Notes: generated by a model from the sequence alone, not told the origin. A stretch of 64,000 nt of DNA from Lachnospiraceae bacterium (GCA_017962825.1 JAGCUO010000201.1:69052-133051), one strand, 5' to 3'. Positions 20,919-30,937 are shown, numbered from the stretch's first letter. Numbers and translations are program-made.

Positions 20919-22040
20919 ATGAAAGAAACTGAAGCTGTAGACATGTCCAGGCTTACGGTCAAAACCGGAAACAAGACGTCCTACGACATTGTCTATAAAA
21001 CATCTTTTGAGGCACTTACCGCAGAGGTGGGAGAGCTTTATCCCGACAAACCTGCCATTTGTGTAATAACCGACTCCAACGTGGATCCTTTATATTCCGA
21101 AGAGGTTATTAAAAAGCTGGAGCCCGTTTCAAAATCGGTTATCAAATATGTCATTCCTGCAGGCGAGGAAAATAAGAATCTCGATGAGATAAGAAAGGTA
21201 TATGCATACCTTATTGATAACAAAATGGACAGAAAGACTGTCCTTGTAGCCCTCGGCGGCGGTGTTATCGGTGATATGACCGGTTTTATAGCTGCAACCT
21301 TTTTAAGGGGCGTTGATTTTATCCAGATACCCACAACTCTTCTGGCGCAGGCCGATTCGTCAATTGGCGGAAAGACCGGAGTGGACTTTGACGGATATAA
21401 GAACATGGTCGGCGCTTTTAAGATGCCTTCCCTTGTTTATACCAATCTTTCCACGCTTTCTTCTCTTTCCGGAAAGCAGTTTTGCTCAGGTTTTGCGGAG
21501 GTAATGAAATCCGCTCTTCTCAAGGATGAGAAATTCTATACCTGGCTCATCGATAATTCCTATGAGATCAGAGACAGGGATGTGGATGTTCTTGCGGAGA
21601 TGGTTTACCGCTGCGATGATATTAAGAGATACATTGTAGAGAAAGATCCCTTTGAGAAAAAAGAGAGGGCACTCCTTAATCTCGGACATACTCTCGGCCA
21701 TGCCATCGAGAAATATTATGATTTTAAATTTCTTCACGGAGAGTGTGTTTCTCTCGGCTGCGTAGCCGCTGCATTCATCTCCTGGAAAAAAGAATTCCTT
21801 TCCAAAGAGGAGTTTTATGAGATAAGGGATATGTTCGTTTTGTTCGGACTTCCCATTTCCATGGATCTTGCGGATATTCCCAGGATCATTGAACTTACAA
21901 AAAATGATAAGAAGATGGATTCCGGACATGTAAAGTTCATTCTTCTTAAAAAGATTGGCAAAGCATTCATCAATGAAGAAGTAACGGACGAAGAAATGTC
22001 TGCGGCTCTTGATGAGCTTAATTTTGCCGAAGGAGACTAA
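20919..22040 (+). CDS. aroB: 3-dehydroquinate synthase
   Basis: ALGGGVIGD, PTTLLAQADSSIGGKTG, LNLGHTLGHAIE. Confidence 0.96.
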   Translation: MKETEAVDMSRLTVKTGNKTSYDIVYKTSFEALTAEVGELYPDKPAICVITDSNVDPLYSEEVIKKLEPVSKSVIKYVIPAGEENKNLDEIRKVYAYLIDNKMDRKTVLVALGGGVIGDMTGFIAATFLRGVDFIQIPTTLLAQADSSIGGKTGVDFDGYKNMVGAFKMPSLVYTNLSTLSSLSGKQFCSGFAEVMKSALLKDEKFYTWLIDNSYEIRDRDVDVLAEMVYRCDDIKRYIVEKDPFEKKERALLNLGHTLGHAIEKYYDFKFLHGECVSLGCVAAAFISWKKEFLSKEEFYEIRDMFVLFGLPISMDLADIPRIIELTKNDKKMDSGHVKFILLKKIGKAFINEEVTDEEMSAALDELNFAEGD

Positions 22041-22042
22041 TA

Positions 22043-22612
22043 TTGGATTCAGAAAATAAAGAATTGGTCAGTATGCATGAGAGAAAAAAACTGGCAAAGG
22101 GTAAGATGATCGCACTTTGTGTAATTCTCGTAATCCTTGCCGTTTTTTTCGATCAGTACAGCAAATACCTTGCGGTTTCACATCTTAAGGATAATTCCGG
22201 TATCGTACTTATAGATAAAGTTCTTGAGCTTTATTATATCGTTAATACCGGTTCCAGCTGGGGAATGCTTGCGGGGCAAAAGGCTCTTATTCTTTTTATC
22301 TCGGTAGTGATCATCACCCTTTGTATCTTTATGATCATTAAAAGCCCGGAGGATGTTAAGTTCATTCCTTTTAACATATCTCTTTCGATGATAATCGCAG
22401 GCGGTATAGGAAACGGCATTGACAGGATCCGTTATTCCTACGTTATAGACTTTATATATTTTAAGGTTATCAATTTCCCGGTCTTTAACGTTGCAGATAT
22501 ATTCGTTACTTGCGGAGCTGTTCTTTTTATCCTTCTTATCCTGTTTAAATACAAAGAGAAGGATCTGTATTTCATGAAGTTTAACCAGAAAAAATTCAGG
22601 GAGATGAACTAG
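22043..22612 (+). CDS. lspA: Lipoprotein signal peptidase II
   Basis: DQ.SK, NTG, GNGIDR, VIDF, FNVAD. Confidence 0.94.
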   Translation: MDSENKELVSMHERKKLAKGKMIALCVILVILAVFFDQYSKYLAVSHLKDNSGIVLIDKVLELYYIVNTGSSWGMLAGQKALILFISVVIITLCIFMIIKSPEDVKFIPFNISLSMIIAGGIGNGIDRIRYSYVIDFIYFKVINFPVFNVADIFVTCGAVLFILLILFKYKEKDLYFMKFNQKKFREMN

Positions 22613-23535
22613 TGAGACATTACCTGTTTAATGTTGATGAGGTTAATGAAGGGGAGAGAGTCGACAGACTTCTCCCTTCTTTACTTGAAGGGGTATCCAG
22701 ATCCTATCTTCAAAAAGTAATTAAAGACGGTGGACTGACCGTTAACGGAAAAAGCGCCAAGCCATCTTTAAAAGTCAAAGAAAACGATGTTCTGGAGCTT
22801 GATCTTCCGGAAGCAGAAAGCCCCGATATTCCTGCTGAAAATATTCCGCTTGATATCCTGTATGAAGATACCGATGTGATAATAGTAAACAAGCCGAAGG
22901 ATATGGTTGTTCATCCCGCTGCCGGACATTATACCGGTACAGTGGTAAATGCTCTTATGTATCATTGCGGGGATTCTTTGAGCGGTATCAACGGCGTGAT
23001 GCGTCCGGGTATTGTCCACAGGATCGATAAAGATACCACGGGCTCCATTATCGCATGTAAGAACGATCAGGCCCATATGAAGCTTTCAGAACAGTTTAAA
23101 GAGCATTCCATTACAAGAGTCTATAAAGGAATATGTCTTGGGGTGATAGGTGATGATGAGGGTGTTATCGATGCACCGATTGGCAGACTGACAAACGATC
23201 GTAAAAAAATGGGCATCATACCGGGTGGAAAAAGAGCTGTTACCCATTATAAGGTCATTGAAAGATTTAGTGACTATACCTATCTGGAATTCAGACTGGA
23301 AACCGGAAGGACTCATCAGATAAGAGTACATATGGCTCATATCGGACATCCTCTTTTGGGGGATGCGGTATACGGAAATCCTTCATCCAATCTGAATAAA
23401 AGATTTAAGCTTGAGGGTCAGACTTTACATGCGGAGGTTCTTGGATTTATACATCCTGCCTCAGGGGAGTATGTGGAGGTAAAAGCGCCTCTTCCGGATT
23501 ATTTTTCTCATCTGTTGAATGTGCTTAAACAGTAG
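22612..23535 (+). CDS. RluA/RluD family pseudouridine synthase with S4 domain
   Basis: N-terminal S4-like region, HRIDKDTTG, LETGRTHQIRVH. Confidence 0.94.
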   Translation: MRHYLFNVDEVNEGERVDRLLPSLLEGVSRSYLQKVIKDGGLTVNGKSAKPSLKVKENDVLELDLPEAESPDIPAENIPLDILYEDTDVIIVNKPKDMVVHPAAGHYTGTVVNALMYHCGDSLSGINGVMRPGIVHRIDKDTTGSIIACKNDQAHMKLSEQFKEHSITRVYKGICLGVIGDDEGVIDAPIGRLTNDRKKMGIIPGGKRAVTHYKVIERFSDYTYLEFRLETGRTHQIRVHMAHIGHPLLGDAVYGNPSSNLNKRFKLEGQTLHAEVLGFIHPASGEYVEVKAPLPDYFSHLLNVLKQ

Positions 23536-23631
23536 TATTTGCGTTGTTTTTTAAGGAAAACGGTTTTATAATATAAGTAGTACAAAAGTACTGATCTTAA
23601 CTTTGAAAATGTATTCGGGAAGGTGGTGCCT

Positions 23632-24255
23632 ATGAAGACCGTAATTACTATCGGAAGACAATTCGGATCCGGGGGAAGAGAGATCGGCGAAAAGCTTTCC
23701 AAGGCTTACGGAATTAACTACTATGACAGGGAGCTTTTAACAAGAGCTGCCAAAGAGAGTGGTTTTTGTGAAGAGATTCTCCAGAACCATGATGAACGTC
23801 CCACCAATTCATTCCTGTATAATCTCGTTATCGATACATACAGCTTTGGTTACAATTCTTCATCTTTTGTAGATATGCCCATTTCCCAGAAAGTATTTCT
23901 GGCTCAGTTCGATACCATCAAAAAGGTGGCAGAGGAGGGTCCCTGCGTTATAGTCGGCAGATGTGCCGATTATGCGCTTGAAGGACGTGACAACGTTATC
24001 AATCTTTTCATCTATGCTGATGAGGATTTTAAGATCAAGCGTGTCATGGATATTTATGATCTCGATGAGAGCAAGGCCCGTGACATGATCAATAAAAAAG
24101 ATAAGCAGAGACAGAGCTATTACAATTATTACACCAACAGGAAGTGGGGTAAGGCAGATACTTATGATCTGTGCATTAACTCCGCTGTTCTCGGTATAGA
24201 CGGTTCTGTGAAGCTGATAAAACAGTTTGTGGAAGATTTCGAATCCAATTCTTGA
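23632..24255 (+). CDS. Cytidylate kinase-like family protein
   Basis: ITIGRQFGSGG, CVIVGRCADY, YDLCINS. Confidence 0.88.
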   Translation: MKTVITIGRQFGSGGREIGEKLSKAYGINYYDRELLTRAAKESGFCEEILQNHDERPTNSFLYNLVIDTYSFGYNSSSFVDMPISQKVFLAQFDTIKKVAEEGPCVIVGRCADYALEGRDNVINLFIYADEDFKIKRVMDIYDLDESKARDMINKKDKQRQSYYNYYTNRKWGKADTYDLCINSAVLGIDGSVKLIKQFVEDFESNS

Positions 24256-24276
24256 TCAAATTCATAAGAATTACCG

Positions 24277-24306
24277 GATGGAGGGATTGATTCCCTCCAT
24301 CTTTTT
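24277..24306 (+). terminator. Intrinsic terminator
   Basis: GATGGAGGGA/TCCCTCCATC 10-bp stem followed by TTTTT. Confidence 0.8.
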
Positions 24307-24348
24307 ATATATAATTGGTTCGAAATTTTAATACGTGGGGGTAACTCA

Positions 24349-24588
24349 ATGGAAAACGAGAATGAAGTTCTTGAAGTGACTAAACAGGAAATCCGCAGTA
24401 TATCCGATAAGACTCAGTCGATCATATTTACCGTTGCCGGTGCTGTTGCCATGATCCTTGGACCTATTTTGCTATCCGGTCTTTTCGGATGGGTGCTTTG
24501 CCTTACCGGTTTTATATTTGTAATTCTCGGAATATGCGGCTTTGTATATGTTTCCGATGATGCAAAAAGGGAGAAAAAGAAGGACTGA
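24349..24588 (+). CDS. Hypothetical two-TM membrane protein
   Basis: GGGGG RBS, two hydrophobic segments, charged termini. Confidence 0.65.
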   Translation: MENENEVLEVTKQEIRSISDKTQSIIFTVAGAVAMILGPILLSGLFGWVLCLTGFIFVILGICGFVYVSDDAKREKKKD

Positions 24589-24620
24589 CAGGCGTATTTT
24601 TCATATCTGATAAAAATATA

Positions 24621-24649
24621 TTGACATTTTAGGCACTTCCTATTAATAT
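24621..24649 (+). promoter_or_regulatory. SigA-type promoter of the rplU operon
   Basis: TTGACA-17 bp-TAATAT. Confidence 0.75.
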
Positions 24650-24655
24650 TATGGA

Positions 24656-24765
24656 GTATGCCGCTTGAATAGGTTTTAAGTTTGTATGCAATAACGCATA
24701 CGACGCCGAATCAGCGTTTAAAAGGACCATGACGCATACTTCATGATGGTTCATGAAAAGGAGGT
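24656..24765 (+). promoter_or_regulatory. Structured 5' leader of rplU, L21-leader-like
   Basis: About 115-nt UTR with hairpins (GTATGC/GCATAC; CCAT..ATGG). An L21 leader is known at this position in Firmicutes; no covariance-model check was done. Confidence 0.45.
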
Positions 24766-24773
24766 GCCTATTT

Positions 24774-25076
24774 ATGTACGCAATTATCGCAACCGGAGGA
24801 AAGCAGTATAAAGTTTCCGAGGGAGATGAGATCAGAGTCGAGAAGCTTGATGCTGCTGAAGGTGATAAAGTTACTTTCGACGTCATTGCTGTTAACGACG
24901 GTTCTCTTAAGGCTGGTAAGGATGTAGCTTCTGCAAAGGTTACCGCAACTGTGTTAAAGCAGGATCGTGCCAAGAAGGTCATCGTATATCGCTACAAGAG
25001 AAAGTCCGGATATCACAAGAAGAACGGACACAGACAGCCCTTTACGGCTGTTAAGATCGATTCCATCGAAGGCTGA
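24774..25076 (+). CDS. rplU: 50S ribosomal protein L21
   Basis: [14 protein letters not shown]...GHRQPFT; AGGAGG RBS. Confidence 0.97.
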   Translation: MYAIIATGGKQYKVSEGDEIRVEKLDAAEGDKVTFDVIAVNDGSLKAGKDVASAKVTATVLKQDRAKKVIVYRYKRKSGYHKKNGHRQPFTAVKIDSIEG

Positions 25077-25078
25077 TC

Positions 25079-25423
25079 ATGACTACTATCGTGATCGAGA
25101 AGTCTCATGAAGGGACCTATAAGGGCTTCACTTGTATGGGACATGCTGGTTTTGCCAAGAAGGGCAAACCCGATATTTTATGTTCAGCTGTTTCTGCACT
25201 TTCCATCCATACGATAAACGGATTGGAAAAAGTAGCAGGGCAGGATATCTCGGTAAGTACGGATGAATCCACCGGATTTATGAGATGCATCATCAATGGA
25301 GATCCCAATTCGGGAACCGTTACACTTATGGATGCATTTGTTAATTCGGTTAATGATCTTTCCGACGAATACGGAGAGAAATTCCTGCAGGTAAAAATTC
25401 AGGAGGTTAACGACAATGCTTAG
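25079..25423 (+). CDS. prp: Ribosomal-processing cysteine protease Prp
   Basis: GHA and DILCSAVS catalytic His/Cys; between rplU and rpmA. Confidence 0.92.
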   Translation: MTTIVIEKSHEGTYKGFTCMGHAGFAKKGKPDILCSAVSALSIHTINGLEKVAGQDISVSTDESTGFMRCIINGDPNSGTVTLMDAFVNSVNDLSDEYGEKFLQVKIQEVNDNA

Positions 25424-25703
25424 AATGAATCTTCAGTTCTTTGCTCATAAAAAGGGTGTCGGTTCTACCAAGAACGGCAGAGATTCCGAATCCAAGAGAC
25501 TTGGCGCAAAGCGTGCAGACGGTCAGTTTGTAACTGCCGGAAACATTCTTTACAGACAGCGCGGAACCAAGATCCACCCCGGTAATAATGTTGGTATCGG
25601 CGGAGATGATACTCTTTATGCGCTGGTTGACGGCGTTCTCAGATTCGAGAGAAAGGGTAAGGACAGAACTCAGGCTTCTGTTTATCCCAGAGAAGAGCAG
25701 TAA
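25416..25703 (+). CDS. rpmA: 50S ribosomal protein L27 with Prp-cleaved N-terminal extension
   Basis: [24 protein letters not shown]. Confidence 0.97.
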   Translation: MLRMNLQFFAHKKGVGSTKNGRDSESKRLGAKRADGQFVTAGNILYRQRGTKIHPGNNVGIGGDDTLYALVDGVLRFERKGKDRTQASVYPREEQ

Positions 25704-25708
25704 TTTTC

Positions 25709-25745
25709 AAGGACTCTGACCCTACCGGCCAGAGTCCTTTCTTTT
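25709..25745 (+). terminator. Intrinsic terminator after rpmA
   Basis: AAGGACTCTG/CAGAGTCCTT stem followed by TCTTTT. Confidence 0.75.
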
Positions 25746-25817
25746 AATAACGGTTCAGCGATATGTTTTTCCGTTATTAAAGGAAAAACGTTTTGTTTTT
25801 ATATATGAGGAAAAATT

Positions 25818-27110
25818 ATGTATTGCGATAAAGCCCGCGTTATACTAAAGAGCGGTAAGGGAGGAGACGGACACGTTTCCTTCAGAAGAGAAAAATACGT
25901 AACCAACGGTGGCCCCGACGGCGGAGACGGCGGAAGGGGAGGAGATGTCATACTCAAAGTTGACGAGGGTCTCAATACACTTATCGATTTCCGAAATATT
26001 CGTAAATATGCCGCAGGTAACGGCGAAAACGGCGGTAAGAAAAACTGTCGCGGAAAAGACGGTAACGATATTATTCTTAAAGTACCTGTCGGAACTGTTG
26101 TAAGAGAAGCTGAGTCCGGAAAAGTTATTATAGATATGTCCGGAGATTGCAGGGAATATACAATTCTAAAGGGTGGAAAGGGCGGACTGGGAAACCAGCA
26201 TTTTGCCACTTCTACCATGCAGGCTCCCAAGTATGCACAGCCCGGTCAGCCCGCGCTTGAACTTGAGACTATTTTTGAGCTTAAGGTTGTTGCGGATGTG
26301 GGACTTGTAGGTTTCCCCAATGCCGGTAAATCATCCCTTCTTGCTGCTTGTACCAATGCCAAACCCAAGATTGCAGGTTATCAGTTTACAACCCTTATGC
26401 CCAATCTTGGCGTTGTAGATCTTGGCGGAGACGGATTTGTTATTTCCGATATACCCGGTCTTATAGAAGGCGCTTCTGACGGTCTCGGCCTGGGACATGA
26501 ATTCCTGAGGCATGTTGAAAGAACCAAGGTACTCATTCATGTGGTTGATGCTGCGGGAACCGAAGGAAGAAATCCTCTTGATGATGTAAAGCAGATAAAT
26601 CTTGAACTTGAGAAATACGATCCCGAACTTTTAAAGAAACCTCAGATCATCGCTGCTAATAAGTCTGATCTTTTTACATCTTATGAAGATGCGGAGAGCA
26701 ATGTTCAGGCTCTTAAGGATGAGTTCGAGCCAAAGGGTATCATGGTTTTTACCATCTCTGCAGCATCCGGTGAAGGTATTAAGGAACTGCTGAGAGCTGC
26801 ACAAGATCTTATCAAGACTCTTCCCGATGAAGTTAAGACTTTTGAGCAGGAATACGATCCCGAGATCAGTCTTAAGAATAACGAAGATCCTTATACGGTT
26901 TACTTTGATGATGAGGAAGATGAATATGTCATCGAAGGACCAAGGATTGAGAAAATGCTCGGCTATACCAATCTTGATTCAGAAAAGGGATTTGCTTTCT
27001 TCCAGAGATTCCTTAAAGATAACGGAATGCTGGATCAGCTTGAAGCTCTTGGAATTAAAGACGGTGATACCGTAAGACTGTACGGTCATTCATTTGAATA
27101 TTATAAATAG
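25818..27110 (+). CDS. obgE: GTPase ObgE/CgtA
   Basis: Gly-rich Obg domain, GFPNAGKS, DIPGLIEGA, NKSD, C-terminal OCT-like domain. Confidence 0.97.
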   Translation: MYCDKARVILKSGKGGDGHVSFRREKYVTNGGPDGGDGGRGGDVILKVDEGLNTLIDFRNIRKYAAGNGENGGKKNCRGKDGNDIILKVPVGTVVREAESGKVIIDMSGDCREYTILKGGKGGLGNQHFATSTMQAPKYAQPGQPALELETIFELKVVADVGLVGFPNAGKSSLLAACTNAKPKIAGYQFTTLMPNLGVVDLGGDGFVISDIPGLIEGASDGLGLGHEFLRHVERTKVLIHVVDAAGTEGRNPLDDVKQINLELEKYDPELLKKPQIIAANKSDLFTSYEDAESNVQALKDEFEPKGIMVFTISAASGEGIKELLRAAQDLIKTLPDEVKTFEQEYDPEISLKNNEDPYTVYFDDEEDEYVIEGPRIEKMLGYTNLDSEKGFAFFQRFLKDNGMLDQLEALGIKDGDTVRLYGHSFEYYK

Positions 27111-27117
27111 GTGAATT

Positions 27118-27426
27118 ATGGAATTAACCAGTAAACAAAGAGCATATTTAAAAGGTCTTGCAATGGATATCGATGCCGCTTTCAATCTCGGTAAATCATC
27201 CGTAACTCCCGAGACCATAGCCGCACTTGATGAGTTCTTTGCAAAGAATGAGCTTCTTAAGATCTCGGTTCTCAAGAACTGTGAAGATGATGCCAAGTCT
27301 CTTGCTGAGATCATTGCCGGCAGAACAAGATCAACTGTTGTTCAGGTCATCGGACGTAAGATCGTTCTTTACAAGCCCAATAAGGACAAGCCTAAGATTG
27401 AACTTCCCAAGGCGACTAAGAAATAA
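27118..27426 (+). CDS. yhbY: CRM-domain RNA-binding protein YhbY
   Basis: LTSKQRAYL, ELLKI, VQVIGR.IVLY. Confidence 0.92.
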   Translation: MELTSKQRAYLKGLAMDIDAAFNLGKSSVTPETIAALDEFFAKNELLKISVLKNCEDDAKSLAEIIAGRTRSTVVQVIGRKIVLYKPNKDKPKIELPKATKK

Positions 27427-28031
27427 TGAATAAAGATATCATCGAATACAGAAAATCACTTGAGAAAGATCTGGAACAGAACAGATTTGAGCATTCTCTC
27501 GGCGTAGAGTATACCTCTGCCTGTCTTGCCTTTGTACACGGCTGCGATGTGACAAGTGCCAGGATAGCCGGATTGTTACATGATTGTGCCAAGTGCATTC
27601 CTCACAGCGAACAGATCAAGATCATGGAAAAAGCAGGTCAGCCGCCCCTTAAGGAAGAGCTTGATAATCAATCGCTTCTTCATGCCAAATGCGGTGCCAT
27701 CATAGCCTGTGATAAGTATGATATCGATGATCCGGATATACTGAATGCCATAAGGTTCCATACCGTTGGAAGACCCAATATGAGTCTTCTCGAGAAGATA
27801 GTTTATATTGCAGATTTTATCGAACCTAACAGAAAACAACTTCAGATAATGGAGCGTGTCAGGAAAGCTGCTTTCATTGATATCGACCAGGCTCTTTTAT
27901 GGATTATGGAAAGCGTGCGTGAGTACGTTACTTCCAAAGGCTATGAACCTGCACCTTCATCTGTAGCCGCTCATGATTTTTACAGGAATCAGATCAAGGT
28001 TAATGAAGATCTTAGAAATGGGAGGATTTAG
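27426..28031 (+). CDS. yqeK: HD-domain Ap4A hydrolase YqeK
   Basis: RFEHSLGV, LLHDCAK, HTVG, IADFIEP. Confidence 0.9.
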   Translation: MNKDIIEYRKSLEKDLEQNRFEHSLGVEYTSACLAFVHGCDVTSARIAGLLHDCAKCIPHSEQIKIMEKAGQPPLKEELDNQSLLHAKCGAIIACDKYDIDDPDILNAIRFHTVGRPNMSLLEKIVYIADFIEPNRKQLQIMERVRKAAFIDIDQALLWIMESVREYVTSKGYEPAPSSVAAHDFYRNQIKVNEDLRNGRI

Positions 28032-28034
28032 TTT

Positions 28035-28379
28035 TTGACAGAGAATATTACCAAAGAGATACGAACCGTAGTTGATGCTCTTGAAGATAAAAAGGGCAGT
28101 GATATTTCCGTTCTTGACCTCAGTAAAGTATCCGATGTTACGGATTGTTTTGTTATCTGTTCCGGAACAAACCGCTCCCAGATCCAGGCACTTGCAGACG
28201 GAGTAGAAGAGGCTCTTGGCCGTGACGGACATCTTCACAGAGGTATTGAAGGTTACGATACCGCCAATTGGATACTTATTGATTACGGTGAGTTCGTAGT
28301 TCATATTTTCGATAAGGATTCCAGAGATATGTATGATCTCGAGAGAATCTGGAGTGATGCAGTCAAAGTAGAGATTTGA
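28035..28379 (+). CDS. rsfS: Ribosome silencing factor RsfS
   Basis: EDKKG.DI, WILIDYG, VHIF, YDLERIW. Confidence 0.93.
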   Translation: MTENITKEIRTVVDALEDKKGSDISVLDLSKVSDVTDCFVICSGTNRSQIQALADGVEEALGRDGHLHRGIEGYDTANWILIDYGEFVVHIFDKDSRDMYDLERIWSDAVKVEI

Positions 28380-28385
28380 GATTAA

Positions 28386-28410
28386 CAGGAACCGATTTAA
28401 ACGGTTCCTG
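28386..28410. terminator. Hairpin after rsfS, possible terminator
   Basis: CAGGAACCG/CGGTTCCTG perfect 9-bp stem; weak T tail. Confidence 0.5.
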
Positions 28411-28423
28411 ATATTTTTATGTT

Positions 28424-29077
28424 ATGAAAAAAGGAATTATATTTGATATGGACGGTACCGTTTGGGATTCGTCCGAAAATGTTGCAAGATCATGGACTTT
28501 GAAAGTCCATGAGGCCGGTTATACAGATAAAGTAATAACCCGCGAGAATATCAAAAATGTCATGGGAAAGACCATGGATGTCATAGCCGATATTCTTTTT
28601 TCTTTTACGGAAAAAGGGCCGGAGCGTGATGAGTTAAGATATTCATGTCAGGAATACGAGATTGAATATTTAAGACAGCATGGCGGACTGCTATACGAAG
28701 ATATATTTGAAACCTGGAGAAAGCTTAAAGATCTCGGATATCATAACTATATCGTAAGCAATTGTCAGGCCGGATATATTGAGTGTTTTCTGGAGCATTA
28801 CGGTCTTTCATACGGCAGCGCCGATGATCTGATAGAAGATATTGAATGCTACGGAAATAATCTTCTTCAAAAAGCAGAGAATATAAGACTATTGGCTGAC
28901 CGAAACGCACTGACCGATGCGTGCTACGTGGGGGATATTCAGGGAGATTATGATGCAACCGTAAAAGCAGGATACAGCTTTATTCATGCTAAATACGGAT
29001 TCGGCAAGATAAATACCGAAGTTCCCTATATAAGTACATTTTCCGAACTCATCAGTGTTGTTCCCACCGTTATATAA
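28424..29077 (+). CDS. HAD family phosphatase
   Basis: FDMDGT, VSN, K, VGD...D motifs. Confidence 0.9.
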   Translation: MKKGIIFDMDGTVWDSSENVARSWTLKVHEAGYTDKVITRENIKNVMGKTMDVIADILFSFTEKGPERDELRYSCQEYEIEYLRQHGGLLYEDIFETWRKLKDLGYHNYIVSNCQAGYIECFLEHYGLSYGSADDLIEDIECYGNNLLQKAENIRLLADRNALTDACYVGDIQGDYDATVKAGYSFIHAKYGFGKINTEVPYISTFSELISVVPTVI

Positions 29078-29082
29078 TAGTA

Positions 29083-29157
29083 AAAATGGGACGTATCCTG
29101 CCTTCAGATTTTAAGAACAGGGCTTCTTTAGATCTGAAGGTGGGATACGTCCCTTTT
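29083..29157. terminator. Long bidirectional terminator-like hairpin between the HAD gene and lexA
   Basis: About 30-bp imperfect stem GGGACGTATCC...GGATACGTCCC with A- and T-runs on the flanks. Confidence 0.75.
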
Positions 29158-29191
29158 GTAACATAATGGATTTGGTTGTTTACGGTGTTGC

Positions 29192-29812
29192 TTATCTGAA
29201 TATCCTGATAACTCCGTAAACTTTACCGAGAATCTGACAGTTATCTACGATAATGGGATCCATGGTATCGTTCTCGGGCTGAAGACGGATGTGATCCTTT
29301 TCCTTGTAATAAGTCTTAACGGTTGCGGAATCATCAATAAGAGCAACAACCATTTCACCGTTTTCCGCAGTGCTTTGCTGACGGACGATGATCCTGTCAC
29401 CGCTGAAGATCCCGGCATTTATCATTGAATCTCCCTTGACGTTGAGCATAAAGGTGTTTCCCTTTGTGAGCTCGGATGCGGGAAGAGGGAAGTATTCGAT
29501 GATATTGTCATTTGCAAGAAGAGGCTGACCGGCTGCCACATTTCCGTATACCGGAACGCTGGTCATCTCGGTTCTCACCATCTGGAAGGAATCGTCGCAG
29601 ATTTCGATGGCTCTGGGCTTGGAAGGGTCTCTTTTGATATAACCCTTGCGCTCGAGTGCCTCGAGGTGTGAAAAAACGGAAGAGGTGGACTTGAGCGAAA
29701 CCTTCTCACCGATCTCTCTGACGGTAGGGGGATAGCCCTTTGCAAGTATATTTTCTTTAAGATATTCCAGTATCTGTTCCTGTTTGGGGGTTAACTGGCT
29801 GAAATCGCGCAT
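29192..29812 (-). CDS. lexA: SOS repressor LexA
   Basis: GYPPTVREI wHTH, Ala-Gly site VAAG, GDSM serine, TVK lysine; ATG at 29812 follows AAAGGAG. Confidence 0.96.
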   Translation of the reverse strand: MRDFSQLTPKQEQILEYLKENILAKGYPPTVREIGEKVSLKSTSSVFSHLEALERKGYIKRDPSKPRAIEICDDSFQMVRTEMTSVPVYGNVAAGQPLLANDNIIEYFPLPASELTKGNTFMLNVKGDSMINAGIFSGDRIIVRQQSTAENGEMVVALIDDSATVKTYYKEKDHIRLQPENDTMDPIIVDNCQILGKVYGVIRIFR

Positions 29813-29825
29813 GTGCACTCCTTTC

Positions 29826-29881
29826 AAACATCTGTTTGTATTTAATATAGCACATTTGTTCTGAAAAGCAAACATATTTTC
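29826..29881. promoter_or_regulatory. Three degenerate SOS (Cheo) boxes over the lexA promoter
   Basis: AAAC-atct-GTTT (29826), GCAC-attt-GTTC (29850) and AAAC-atat-TTTC (29870) against the Firmicute consensus GAAC-N4-GTTC. Confidence 0.7.
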
Positions 29882-29885
29882 GAAT

Positions 29886-29916
29886 AAAAAAGACCCGGAA
29901 TTCAATCCGGGTCTTT
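29886..29916 (-). terminator. Intrinsic terminator of the DUF3048-like gene
   Basis: AAAGACCCGGA/TCCGGGTCTTT stem with a U-tail on the minus strand. Confidence 0.75.
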
Positions 29917-29935
29917 AATGTATCTGTTATGAAAA

Positions 29936-30937
29936 TCAGCAGAATGTTACGAGCTGCCATGAATCTGCGGGAACGAGACCGATGTAAGTCTTTCCGGGAT
30001 TTACGGTAAGAACGGATCCGTCGGTATTGAAATAAACTGTATGTCCGACAGCGTCCTTAGCCCAGGTAATGGCAACTGCCTTACCGCCGGTGAGATAGTA
30101 GCCTACACCTGTTCCGATGACACCGTAGATCATGTATCCGTTTCCGTCATACTCCTGAATGGGAGCACACTGGATAATAACGTTCTTGAAGGTTACCTGT
30201 GCGAAGTCATCGCCATCCTTTACGGGAGCTCCGGTCTCATACCAGTCATAGGTAGCGGTTACCGCATTGTACTTAAGGATGGTTGAGTTGTGAGGGAAAG
30301 GAAGGCTGCAGGTTCCGGCGGGAACACCGGCAGGAAGTGTATTAACACCGAAGTTGAATCTGTTCTGAGCACATGCAACATTCTGATAGTAAGGTGAAAT
30401 GCCTGCACCGGCCATTCTTCTGGAAGCTTCGCCTGCAAGGCAATACTCGGTATACCAGCTGGGTTTTCCGTTGGGAATTCTGCTGAATCCGCCTGAAATT
30501 CTGGGAAGTCCGTAAAGAGCGATAAAAGGATTTATATATACGGGACCGCCGTCGTGTACAAGAACGGCATCGTATTCATTGGCCAAAATAATGTTTGTAG
30601 GACGTGCGGAACGAATATTACCGATACGTGGAATCTTCGCATAATCCTTGTAAAGGGCCATGAGTCTGGTAACTCTGTTGTTTTTGGTGGAGTTGATCAT
30701 CTCATAGACAATGTCTGCCTCGGAGAGTCCGTAATGAGGGGATGCAATCTTGTCATTATCGATCATGACAGCGATGGGACGCTGAAGCTCCGGAGCAGTG
30801 GTGGGAAGTCCGGTAAGTTCGTTGATGCCGGCAACAGCCTGTGCGGGAATAACCGGTGTAAGTAAAAGTGCACCTGCGGTCATTGCGGCAAGAACAGCGG
30901 ATGTGACCTTCTTAATAAGTTTTTTTCCGAATAACAT
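29936..30937 (-). CDS. Secreted DUF3048 (YerB-like) protein
   Basis: Signal peptide ending AQA; RPIAVMIDN, GLSEADIVYE, TRLMA, IRSAR, PGKTYI. Confidence 0.82.
   Translation of the reverse strand: MLFGKKLIKKVTSAVLAAMTAGALLLTPVIPAQAVAGINELTGLPTTAPELQRPIAVMIDNDKIASPHYGLSEADIVYEMINSTKNNRVTRLMALYKDYAKIPRIGNIRSARPTNIILANEYDAVLVHDGGPVYINPFIALYGLPRISGGFSRIPNGKPSWYTEYCLAGEASRRMAGAGISPYYQNVACAQNRFNFGVNTLPAGVPAGTCSLPFPHNSTILKYNAVTATYDWYETGAPVKDGDDFAQVTFKNVIIQCAPIQEYDGNGYMIYGVIGTGVGYYLTGGKAVAITWAKDAVGHTVYFNTDGSVLTVNPGKTYIGLVPADSWQLVTFC

Noticed and set aside
25416-25445. N-terminal extension on L27
   Set aside because: Known Firmicute feature cleaved by the adjacent Prp protease.
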